A stretch of 64,000 nt of DNA from positions 1 to 64,000 of IMG/VR virus record IMGVR_UViG_3300034111_001103; one strand, written 5' to 3'. Source of the DNA: a virus. Positions within the stretch are counted from its first letter, which is position 1, and each line of letters starts with the position of its first letter. Positions 55,545-64,000 of the stretch are shown piece after piece. The notes under the pieces were generated by a model. It ran no database searches and was not told where the DNA came from. It saw nothing but the letters and a program-made list of their open reading frames with translations. The position numbers and the translations under genes were made by a program.

Positions 55545-58438
55545 TATTTAGAAGGTTTTGGTTTAGTTCTAGCATTTTTAAGTTGAACTTTAGCTATATC
55601 TAGTTTTATCTTTCCTAACTTTTCATCATTTTTAGCTTCTTTATCTGCTAGTTTTGATTCTTTGTTTAGAACATCCATATCAGTTTTATGTTTCTTGTTA
55701 GCTAACTGTAACTGATTTTGATTTTGTTCTCTAGAAGTTTGTTGTTTTATTTTCTCTGTTTGAGTTTTAGCTCTAAAAGCATCTTCTTTAGCTTTAATGT
55801 CTCTAGCTTGTAAACTTAATTTTTGTTTCTCTAAAGAATGTTTTCTAGAAGATTCTAAGAATTTATGAGAATTGTCTAAGGTAGAGATATATTGATCATG
55901 GGAAAGTCTAGATTGTTCTATAGCTATTTTACCTTGTTCTATAGCATCTATCATATTATTATCAGCAGTATCTGTGTCAAAACCCATTACTTTTATAGAA
56001 GCTTCTTGTATTTTAGCTTCTCTATTGAGTTGATTTTGTTCTGCTTCAAATGCTTGAGCTTTATCTAAGGCTTCTTGTTGAGCTTTAATTTGTTGTTGTT
56101 GCATTTCTTGCTCATGTTGTCTTTGAGCTTCTACTTCTTTTCTTTGATCTTCTTCTGCAACCTCCAAAGCTTTTTGTATAGCATTGATGTTTTTCAAAGA
56201 TATGATAGATATAAGTTTAGACATAGGTAGGTTAGTAGTATTGTTCTCTACAGCTAATCTTCTAGCTAAATCTAAGTCTTGTAAAGTTTCTTGAGCATTA
56301 TCTACATTTACACCCATATTCTTTAAGAGTAAATCTGTACCTGTAGTTTTTATGAAAGCATTGCCTAGGTCAGAAGTTATATAGTCCAGAGTAATGTCTC
56401 CTTTAGTACTAGCAACATATTGTGCTAGGTCTATAAGCATTGTTAGTTTTCTTCTCTTATAGTTATAGAAGTTTTCATTGTAGGGTTCTGTAATTGCATA
56501 AGAATTCATTACAGCTGCTTGAATACCTGTAGCTGTTTCTGAAGCTTGAGTTTGTCCTTGTCTTTGTGGGGTAATACCTATTTGTTTGAAACCCATATCT
56601 TCTATAATAGCAGCCATTTGTAATAACTGCATAGCTTTTTCAGTTTCTCCTAAGTCTAGAACAGTAGTTTGATTAAATTGCACAGAACCTCCTGTGTTTG
56701 AAACAGATGTATCTAAAGGCACAATTCCTAACTCTCTACCTATAGCTAATCCTTTTTCTAAAGCTTGTTCTCCTCCCCAATCTTTAAAGTTAGATAAAAG
56801 TTTAACATCTAAGAAAGCTATCTTACCATTATTTCTTTGAGCTATACCATAAGCTTGATTTACAAGGGCATTATAAAATATCTGATAAGGTTTTAGTAGA
56901 TCTACAAGGGAATTGGATTTAGCATTTCTATTGTTGAAGATACCTCCTACTACAGGAAGTTTTGGTTCAAAAGGAGTAAAATCCCCTTTGAATTGGAAAG
57001 GACAAGGTTTAACATCAAAGTAAATAGCATTTCTATCTCTATCTTCTGTAGATTGAGAGAAATTAGCATTTATTTTACATCCTTGCCATATTTGAGTATG
57101 CCAAGTCCATACTACACTATTTACAGGAAAGTCTTCGTTATAATTAACAAGAGGGGTGTCTCTTATTTCTTTTATATTGAAAAGTTTTGGGTTAAAAGAT
57201 TCATCTACTATTTGTGTGGTAGCTTCACCAGTTTCAGGATCAGCTATAGTTAAGTAACCTATTCTAGATTGACTTCTCCAATAAGCTTCTGTAACTTGAA
57301 CTAAGTCTCCTGTTGCAAATTGGAAATTAGGAAAACCTGTGTTTAAGTCTTCATAACCCAAAGTAGGAAGATTTCCTACAGGAGTATTATTCCAAGGGTC
57401 AAATCCTATAGAAGTAGTTACATTTGCATAATCTCTGTAAGCAGGAAAAGGATACATTGTAGCATTAAAGAACTCTCCATATACATTTCCTTGTGTCTCT
57501 CTATAGTCTTTAGGGTATAATTTTTTAATTTGCTCTTCAGCCATTCTCCAACCAAATCTATCTATTACTGTAGATTTGTTCATATAGAATACTCTACCTA
57601 CATAATCTCCTTTTTCTATATGTGGAAGATCTGGATGCTGATGGAAAAATACATTTAAAGGGTTCCAATATTCTAGATTATAACCTGTAGGTGTGAGGTA
57701 CATATGTGAAAAGCATCTATCTGCTATCAACATATCTGTAAACTCTACTTTTTCTAGTTCTCTAAAGTTAAATCTTTTTCTATCATTAGAAAGTACAGCT
57801 TGTCCCCATTCTTCAGCAGAAGTTCTGTAGTCATACCTCATATATTTTTCAATATTCTTAGGAGTTAACTCCTGGTATTTTTCTTGAACTTGTTGTTGGT
57901 ATTGTTGAGCTTCTTCTTCTGTTTTGAAGTCTTTCTTGTTAGGGTCTATTCCTTGTTGTTGTAACTTAAGAGTTATTTCTCTTTGGATTTCTTCCATCAT
58001 AAACTGATGTAATAAATCAGTCTTAACTCTTAATCTTTCATTAGTAGCATCTGGTCCACTTTCCACCACAGAAAATATATCAGGTCTCTTAAGGTATTCT
58101 CCTACTAAAAGTTGAACAGCCTTACCTATAATATCATAATGTTTTAAGTGAGAAGGAATTTCAAACTCTTGAGATATAGCAGATACTAAATCTACATACT
58201 CATTCTTTCTCATATAATGGGCTAAATCAAACTCTTTAGATACTATCTTGTAGTTTTCCTTTAAAGCCATATTTTGAGCAAACTGATACCTTCCTACAGC
58301 TTCTAAAGCATCCATAGTATCTTTCATCCATTTGGACACACCAAATTTATCCAACTCTTCTAGTTTCTTAGTAAGAGGTAGTTGTTGTCTGGGTAAAGCT
58401 GCATTTAAAGGTTTGCTTGTATCTATAGCACTTGTCAT
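55544..58438 (-). CDS. Portal protein (crAss-like)
   Basis: 964 aa after TerL; LKHYDII..LLVGEYLKRP, SLVDLLKPYQIFYN, GITPQRQG, long C-terminal coiled coil. Confidence 0.88.
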   Translation of the reverse strand: MTSAIDTSKPLNAALPRQQLPLTKKLEELDKFGVSKWMKDTMDALEAVGRYQFAQNMALKENYKIVSKEFDLAHYMRKNEYVDLVSAISQEFEIPSHLKHYDIIGKAVQLLVGEYLKRPDIFSVVESGPDATNERLRVKTDLLHQFMMEEIQREITLKLQQQGIDPNKKDFKTEEEAQQYQQQVQEKYQELTPKNIEKYMRYDYRTSAEEWGQAVLSNDRKRFNFRELEKVEFTDMLIADRCFSHMYLTPTGYNLEYWNPLNVFFHQHPDLPHIEKGDYVGRVFYMNKSTVIDRFGWRMAEEQIKKLYPKDYRETQGNVYGEFFNATMYPFPAYRDYANVTTSIGFDPWNNTPVGNLPTLGYEDLNTGFPNFQFATGDLVQVTEAYWRSQSRIGYLTIADPETGEATTQIVDESFNPKLFNIKEIRDTPLVNYNEDFPVNSVVWTWHTQIWQGCKINANFSQSTEDRDRNAIYFDVKPCPFQFKGDFTPFEPKLPVVGGIFNNRNAKSNSLVDLLKPYQIFYNALVNQAYGIAQRNNGKIAFLDVKLLSNFKDWGGEQALEKGLAIGRELGIVPLDTSVSNTGGSVQFNQTTVLDLGETEKAMQLLQMAAIIEDMGFKQIGITPQRQGQTQASETATGIQAAVMNSYAITEPYNENFYNYKRRKLTMLIDLAQYVASTKGDITLDYITSDLGNAFIKTTGTDLLLKNMGVNVDNAQETLQDLDLARRLAVENNTTNLPMSKLISIISLKNINAIQKALEVAEEDQRKEVEAQRQHEQEMQQQQIKAQQEALDKAQAFEAEQNQLNREAKIQEASIKVMGFDTDTADNNMIDAIEQGKIAIEQSRLSHDQYISTLDNSHKFLESSRKHSLEKQKLSLQARDIKAKEDAFRAKTQTEKIKQQTSREQNQNQLQLANKKHKTDMDVLNKESKLADKEAKNDEKLGKIKLDIAKVQLKNARTKPKPSK

Positions 58439-58522
58439 TAATACATAAATTATTGTAGCACAATATTACATAAAATATTCCATATTTTAGAATTGATAAC
58501 TAATATCAGTTATTTTGGTTAT

Positions 58523-60628
58523 TTACCAATTTATATTTGTCTTAGGAGTTCTTTGATTTTCTGATCTGAAAGGGGATTTAGACTTAGGTACAATATCTCC
58601 AAAAAAGGTTTGAACTCTAACTTCTGGTTTAGTAGGTTCTGTTGGTTTAGGTTTGTAACCTTCTAGAGGATAAAGAGCATCATAATATTTGGCTAGGGTA
58701 AGGGCATGTCCAGCTGATATGACTCTATCATAGTTACCATCATGCACACCTTTAGAAGAAGAAGGTTTTCCTTTGTACTGTATATATTCTTCTAAAAGCA
58801 TAGGATCTAATATTTTGGATACTCCTAAATATTCTTCTATATTTCCATCTTCATCTATTGTACTAATTTCTTCTTTAGCATCTTCTACTAGGAGAGACAT
58901 ATAGTGATTTTGATTTGGAGTTGAAGCCGAAAGTCCTATTAACCTATTAGATTTAGTTTTTTGATTAATTTGTTTAGAAAGATCTAAAGATTTAGCAAAG
59001 TAATGTCCTTTCTTTTTCATTATGACATATTGTATCATGGTTTTATCTTCATTCTCAGGAAGTGCTCCTTCTATAGCATTATAGTATTCCATAACCATTA
59101 AACATAGTTCATGGAATTCTCCTACAGTTTTACATCTGCCTGTCCAAGAAAACACAAATTTATTAGCAAAAGGATCTCCAGGTTTATAATATCTTTTTCT
59201 GACATGTATAGATCCTAAAGAGTTTACTTTATCAGAAGACTCATTTTCATTGTAAGGGTCAATCCCTATACAGTATGTAGCAAAAGGAGCTTCAGGATCT
59301 GGATGTTCATATACAGAACAAGGTATTTTACCTAAATGTTGTAAGTCTTTAGCACTTACTGGAAATTTAAATATAGGTTTGTTATCAGAATATCTAAAGT
59401 CTACTTTGTTTTTTTGGTTTCTAAATAAATCTACATATTCAGCAGTATAATTTAATTCTAACCATTTTTGTTGAGCTTTACAAGCTTCTACAGGAAAGTT
59501 ATTATGAGATTCTGATAAAAATACATCATCTACATTTAAAGGATAATATGCTTTCCATCTATTGTAAGATTCAATATCACCTTCTTTTTTAAACTCTTCT
59601 AACTCCTCTTCTATTTTTTTAATACCTTTTTCTTTATCAGAAACTCTAATATCAATATCCCAAAGTTCAGAATCCTTAGGTATATCTTTTAAAATTCCCT
59701 GATCTGTAAGATATTTTCCTAGTGATGTAAGATATTTACAATCTTGTCTTAACCAACCAGGTAAAAATAAACCTGTAGTTCTACCATCTTCTTGTAAGTG
59801 CTCTATAAAGGTATGTGCTTTTGGATTAAAAAATAATTTTTTAGCATCTTGAGCTTTTTCTACATTTCCTCCTGTACCTACACAAATGGGAAAACATCTC
59901 CAACCATGTTCAGAAAGCATTGCTGGTTTAGTACCTATAAGAGCTTGTAAAAAATCATTTTTACCTATCTCATCCCAGATATTAGATTTTAAGTTAGAAA
60001 CCCCTGCACCTTTTTCTGTATTTTTACCACCTATTGTGTTTCTTATGACAAAAGTAGAATGTACAATATTATCCCCAGATTTAGTTTTTAGTCCTACTAA
60101 AACCCTTTCTTGTCCCCAATCTTTTGTAATTCTGGGTATTCTAAAATAAGGAGAACAATTTAATAAACCATAATCTAAGTTTTGAGTAAGGTTATTTAAG
60201 TCATCACTAGATGTACCCATTATAAGATTTTGAGAACCTTTAAATAAAATACCTGCTCTCCCTGCATAAGAAGATTCTAAAGTAGTCTTAGCAAATTGTC
60301 TAAGTCCCATAATACTTATTCCTTTTCTTTCTCTTTCAGCAGTTTTTAATTCTTCATTTAAAATGATTTCATTATCCCTCAAACCAGGAGTTACCATATC
60401 AGGTATGATTTCCCCATAGTCAGTCATCTTATCAGCATTAATCTTCCAATGGTTTATATGCCAATATAACCAACCAGTCATTTTATAACCATCTATTTCA
60501 ACACCTCTTTCTACTTTATATTTTTCTTTTTCCCAAAACTCTGCATACCCTGGATCTGTTTTTTTCCAAGGTATGTCCTTATCATTCATTTTGTAAAAAA
60601 GTTCAGTAGTATATGTTTTTTTACTCAT
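58523..60628 (-). CDS. terL: Terminase large subunit (crAss-like)
   Basis: GLRQFAKT (Walker A variant), IWDEIG, VGTGG, IGIDPY, GNYDRV. Confidence 0.88.
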   Translation of the reverse strand: MSKKTYTTELFYKMNDKDIPWKKTDPGYAEFWEKEKYKVERGVEIDGYKMTGWLYWHINHWKINADKMTDYGEIIPDMVTPGLRDNEIILNEELKTAERERKGISIMGLRQFAKTTLESSYAGRAGILFKGSQNLIMGTSSDDLNNLTQNLDYGLLNCSPYFRIPRITKDWGQERVLVGLKTKSGDNIVHSTFVIRNTIGGKNTEKGAGVSNLKSNIWDEIGKNDFLQALIGTKPAMLSEHGWRCFPICVGTGGNVEKAQDAKKLFFNPKAHTFIEHLQEDGRTTGLFLPGWLRQDCKYLTSLGKYLTDQGILKDIPKDSELWDIDIRVSDKEKGIKKIEEELEEFKKEGDIESYNRWKAYYPLNVDDVFLSESHNNFPVEACKAQQKWLELNYTAEYVDLFRNQKNKVDFRYSDNKPIFKFPVSAKDLQHLGKIPCSVYEHPDPEAPFATYCIGIDPYNENESSDKVNSLGSIHVRKRYYKPGDPFANKFVFSWTGRCKTVGEFHELCLMVMEYYNAIEGALPENEDKTMIQYVIMKKKGHYFAKSLDLSKQINQKTKSNRLIGLSASTPNQNHYMSLLVEDAKEEISTIDEDGNIEEYLGVSKILDPMLLEEYIQYKGKPSSSKGVHDGNYDRVISAGHALTLAKYYDALYPLEGYKPKPTEPTKPEVRVQTFFGDIVPKSKSPFRSENQRTPKTNINW

Positions 60629-60942
60629 TATTTCATTATATCAGGAACTTCTTGATCATTTCTCATAGAAACTTTAACTTTTTCATCTTCAGTTCTTAGT
60701 TTATTAATAACTTCTAAAAGAGCTAGGTAATCTTTCATAGTTTCTCTATGGTTTTTTTGTTGAGCTTCTATTGTAGCTACTGTAAGAGGCATAGCTCCTC
60801 CACCCTTAGTTTCTTTCCATTGTATTCTATCCACGAAACTATCATAAGGATTATCTTGTAGAAATTTCTTATAATAAGTTAATTGTTCTTCAGCTAATCC
60901 TAACTCTATTAAAATAAATTTATTTTTACTAGTTACTGCCAT
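60628..60942 (-). CDS. Possible terminase small subunit
   Basis: Coupled upstream of TerL, helical. Confidence 0.4.
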   Translation of the reverse strand: MAVTSKNKFILIELGLAEEQLTYYKKFLQDNPYDSFVDRIQWKETKGGGAMPLTVATIEAQQKNHRETMKDYLALLEVINKLRTEDEKVKVSMRNDQEVPDIMK

Positions 60943-61345
60943 TTGGTTTTATTGTTTTTAAGAATTCTTCTATTTGAGGGTTTACTTCTATTTTATCTCC
61001 CTTAATCTTTAGGTTATCTAATACATGATTATTCATTATATAGTAATGAGAGAGTTGAGAATCATTTAAAAGAGTAGTAAGGTCATATCCTAGGTTGTTA
61101 GATATAATTTGTAATAAGGTAAACATTTGTGCTTCTAAAAAGTTAACTTTATAAGAAACAAATCCTAGTTTGATTTTTAAAGATCTATCTAAGTCTTCTT
61201 GATTAAGATTTCCTTTTCTAGCATTATCTTCTATTACTTTAGCTAATTCATTATACTCTTTTAGTATAGAATTGTATTTACTCAAAAGAGAGTCTTTAAG
61301 GGACTCTCTATCAAGTGTTTGGGTATTTGGGTTTGTATTTTCCAT
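60929..61345 (-). CDS. Hypothetical protein
   Basis: ORF in operon. Confidence 0.55.
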   Translation of the reverse strand: MENTNPNTQTLDRESLKDSLLSKYNSILKEYNELAKVIEDNARKGNLNQEDLDRSLKIKLGFVSYKVNFLEAQMFTLLQIISNNLGYDLTTLLNDSQLSHYYIMNNHVLDNLKIKGDKIEVNPQIEEFLKTIKPNGSN

Positions 61346-61626
61346 TATTCTTCTCCTTCTCCTTCATCATATTTATCAAAAAAAGATACTTTTGGAGGAT
61401 CCATCTCTAGTTCAGCCATATATTTTTCTATCTTAGAGAGAGTTGTTTTGTTAGTCCAAAAGTAAGGACTAGTATCTGATTCTTCTTTTCTAAATATAGT
61501 ACTCATATGTTGAGCAAAAGTCATCATAGGATAAAGATTAGTTAGTTGATCTAGTCTAGAGAGAATCATATTTTTGATTTGTCTGTCTTCTTTAAAGTTT
61601 GGGATAGTGTTTAATCCATTATTCAT
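61345..61626 (-). CDS. Hypothetical protein
   Basis: ORF in operon. Confidence 0.55.
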   Translation of the reverse strand: MNNGLNTIPNFKEDRQIKNMILSRLDQLTNLYPMMTFAQHMSTIFRKEESDTSPYFWTNKTTLSKIEKYMAELEMDPPKVSFFDKYDEGEGEE

Positions 61627-61669
61627 AAAAATTAGTTTTTATTGTTTTAGTTTTATATTTAAAAGATAC

Positions 61670-62032
61670 TTACCATTTTAAGTTTTGGAAGTTATCTGGG
61701 TTTTCATTATTATATTCTTCTAATCCACAATGACAAGTTAAACAAGCTGTTTTCTTAGAGATTATGCAAGAACAAATGGAACAATGTAAGTATTCTACAC
61801 TTGATTTGTAGTTTTCTCCATATAATTCTTTATACTCTTTAGAAGTTTTTGCATTTATAGAGTTTAAAGGACAAGTTTCACATATAACCCTTCTAGATAT
61901 AATTTTCTCTATATCTTTATCAGATAATTGATTGTTATCTAGTTTATATGCATTGATCCAACCCTCAAGGACTTGAGCTGGATGTCCTAACCCTTTAGGA
62001 ATTAGTTTTAAATATTCTGTTAATTTAGACAT
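61670..62032 (-). CDS. Zn-finger protein (DUF6171-like)
   Basis: RRVICETCP...CSICSC...KTACLTCHC...KW. Confidence 0.65.
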   Translation of the reverse strand: MSKLTEYLKLIPKGLGHPAQVLEGWINAYKLDNNQLSDKDIEKIISRRVICETCPLNSINAKTSKEYKELYGENYKSSVEYLHCSICSCIISKKTACLTCHCGLEEYNNENPDNFQNLKW

Positions 62033-62072
62033 TTTTTATTAAATTCAATTTGTAAATATACAACATTTTTAT

Positions 62073-62603
62073 TTAAAAGTCAATAGGGGGTAATTTTTTG
62101 TGTTCTATAAAGTATTCAACAAACGTATAATCTGTTGGTTTATAGTCTATTATGATTCTATGAGATTCCCCCTTCTCTCTTAGTTTTTGGTTCCAAGCTA
62201 TAGTTCTAATGATTATAACTTTTCTTAGAATTTCTAATTGTTGCCAAGCTATTCTAACTTTATTTTGTAGATCTGTGTAAGCTAGGTAAAGTTTATGTTC
62301 TTCAACTACTATATTTTTTTGTTGTTTGAGTCTTCTAACTCTAGGTTTCATCTTCCTCAACTCTATAATAGAAGAATGTAAGAATTTCTTTAAAGGAGAC
62401 ATTGATACATCAAAGACTCCTAATTTTGGTAATTCTATTGTAGTGTAAGGAGAGAATTGTTTTCTCTTTATAACTTCCTTCCAAAATTCTGTATATATAG
62501 CAGTATGTAATTGAGTAGGAGTTTTTTCCCCTATATCTTTACCTATAGGGGAATCACACTCTTTTACTACTTTATATATTAAATCAGGAATATTTCCAAA
62601 CAT
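62073..62603 (-). CDS. IHF/HU-like DNA-binding protein
   Basis: TIELPKLGVFDV motif. Confidence 0.55.
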   Translation of the reverse strand: MFGNIPDLIYKVVKECDSPIGKDIGEKTPTQLHTAIYTEFWKEVIKRKQFSPYTTIELPKLGVFDVSMSPLKKFLHSSIIELRKMKPRVRRLKQQKNIVVEEHKLYLAYTDLQNKVRIAWQQLEILRKVIIIRTIAWNQKLREKGESHRIIIDYKPTDYTFVEYFIEHKKLPPIDF

Positions 62604-62612
62604 ATATTATTT

Positions 62613-62918
62613 TTAAAGTACAGCTATAATTTCAGATTCCTTAATTAGAGCAAATAAAACTTTCTCATTAGCTGTTTCATCTCTCTCACCCCATACTTTA
62701 GGATAAGCATAAGAAGTAAGAACAGTATCTCCTACATTACAGAAAGTAACATCTTCAGCTTTGGTAATAACTTCTCCCTTAAAGAAAGCTTCTTGTGTCT
62801 CTAAAACAGCATCTTCAGCAGAGATAATAATTCCAGATTCTGTTTTTTTAGGGGGCATAATTTGTTTTACTAAGATATGTCCTTTGTTAAATCTGGCATT
62901 TTGATATTTTGATTGCAT
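62613..62918 (-). CDS. groES: Co-chaperonin GroES-like
   Basis: ILVK...KTESGIII...GEVI...VGDTVL...IKESEIIAVL. Confidence 0.85.
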   Translation of the reverse strand: MQSKYQNARFNKGHILVKQIMPPKKTESGIIISAEDAVLETQEAFFKGEVITKAEDVTFCNVGDTVLTSYAYPKVWGERDETANEKVLFALIKESEIIAVL

Positions 62919-62941
62919 AATTTGGTTTTTTATTTATTTAT

Positions 62942-63271
62942 TTATTTAATTAATTTAAAAAATTTCTCAAAAAAATTCTTTTTTGGTTGAGGTTGGGGTT
63001 TATTATTAATAATTCTTTTTAATAGCATTATTTCTTCTTTTAAAGTACTCACTTCATCTAGTAGTCTTTTTTCTTTTTTCCAATTGTCAGCTAATTGTTC
63101 TTCATGTTTTTTCATAAGTTCTAGTAACATATCTTCTTTTGTATAAACAAAGAATTTATCTCCACTACATCTGTTTATATACGCAATGTGATTATGCTCT
63201 AATAAAGTACTATCTCTAAGTAATTTATGATAGTGACTAAGTTCTAATACAACTGTGTTTACTTTTTGCAT
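62942..63271 (-). CDS. Hypothetical coiled-coil protein
   Basis: Ends KKNFFEKFFKLIK. Confidence 0.55.
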   Translation of the reverse strand: MQKVNTVVLELSHYHKLLRDSTLLEHNHIAYINRCSGDKFFVYTKEDMLLELMKKHEEQLADNWKKEKRLLDEVSTLKEEIMLLKRIINNKPQPQPKKNFFEKFFKLIK

Positions 63272-63275
63272 ACTT

Positions 63276-63623
63276 TTATTTATTTAATAATTTTAATTCT
63301 ATTAGGTTTAATTGGGTAGCTAGAGACATATTCAATTCTTTACAGAGAGTTTCAGAATGTGAATCTTTTACTAGTATCCCTAGGGTTCTATATTTAGATA
63401 TACAGTTTGTTAAGACTTGTTTGTTTTTGCAAAGTTTTAACTCCTCTATAATCTTAGTCTTTGTAAACTCATTATATCCTTCTATCATAAAGGTACTTAT
63501 AATCAAGTTATCATTAGAAGTAATTCTTATGTTCTTTATAAGGCAAATCAACTCTATATAGAATCTAACAGAATCTATGTAGGAAGAAGAATATTTTGTA
63601 ATTTGTATCTTTTGGGCTTTCAT
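63276..63623 (-). CDS. Possible winged-HTH protein
   Basis: LTNCISKYRTLGILVK. Confidence 0.5.
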   Translation of the reverse strand: MKAQKIQITKYSSSYIDSVRFYIELICLIKNIRITSNDNLIISTFMIEGYNEFTKTKIIEELKLCKNKQVLTNCISKYRTLGILVKDSHSETLCKELNMSLATQLNLIELKLLNK

Positions 63624-63632
63624 ATTTATATT

Positions 63633-63947
63633 TTATATTCCTAATACTGAATCTATAAGTGCATCTAAAGTATCTACTGATTCTGGAGAAGTAAAAGTAA
63701 TATCTATACCTGGGATAATAATCTCTGTTTGTTCAAAACTTACCTCATCAAATGCATAAGGTATCAAAACTATTCCTTTTATACTATCTCCATATACTAC
63801 TAAGTCTCTAACAGAATAATCTGATGGAGCTATTTCTACCTTTACTATATCACCTTCCTCTTTACCCTCTAATTCTTTTTCTATTTTATCTGAAACTCTT
63901 TTATTGTTACAGAATATAGGAATTCTTACTTTTAATATTTTATCCAT
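63633..63947 (-). CDS. Hypothetical protein
   Basis: ORF in operon. Confidence 0.55.
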   Translation of the reverse strand: MDKILKVRIPIFCNNKRVSDKIEKELEGKEEGDIVKVEIAPSDYSVRDLVVYGDSIKGIVLIPYAFDEVSFEQTEIIIPGIDITFTSPESVDTLDALIDSVLGI

Positions 63948-64000
63948 TATCTAATAATTTTTGGTAAAGTTACAAAGAATTTTTGACATTTAGTATGCTT

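Larger units (their letters stand above)
43472..64000 (-). mobile_element. Phage B: crAss-like (Crassvirales-related) phage virion/packaging module, partial
   Basis: Co-oriented block TerL - 964 aa portal - acidic scaffold-like - 565 aa MCP - gene75/74/73-like genes - hub and fibre genes, plus IHF-like and GroES; matches the crAss-like capsid module order. Confidence 0.85.

Noticed and set aside
43472-64000. Stop-codon reassignment as in some crAss-like phages
   Set aside because: Long, tightly packed ORFs are intact under the standard code.
1-64000. tRNA or rRNA genes
   Set aside because: None recognised by eye; tRNAscan-SE or ARAGORN would be needed to exclude them.

Overview
AT-rich window made of two different Bacteroidota-type phage genomes joined end to end. 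(1) 1-43,350 looks like a complete, circularisable ~43.35 kb siphovirus-like genome: bases 1-121 recur exactly at 43,351-43,471 and close one fibre ORF. It has terminase, portal, capsid, scaffold, tail tube, tape measure, a frameshifted tail chaperone, replication and recombination genes, three DNA methyltransferases, two glycosyltransferases and lysis genes. I recognise no integrase or repressor. (2) About 43,470-64,000 is the virion and packaging block of a crAss-like (Crassvirales-related) phage: fibres, hub-like proteins, auxiliary capsid protein, MCP, portal, TerL, IHF-like protein and GroES. The join lies in a ~260 bp fibre module shared by both phages, so the contig is either an assembly chimera or a cointegrate. 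The most striking unexplained structure is at 26.6-28.5 kb: an integron-like array of four ~120 bp attC-like hairpins with identical geometry (TAAC-N5-arm...arm'-N2-GTT, one invariant G.T mismatch), separating four cassettes whose own ends are 9-16 bp inverted repeats. No integrase is present, and two genes start inside a hairpin loop and read in frame through the GTT crossover point. Secondary signals: Cys-rich outer virion proteins in both phages, a CxxC membrane protein among phage A virion genes, a DnaJ-type Zn finger in the phage A portal, scrambled morphogenesis gene order, an in-frame TGA in an SSB-like gene, and a structured leader on the replication initiator. All product calls come from motif recognition and synteny; no database searches were run.
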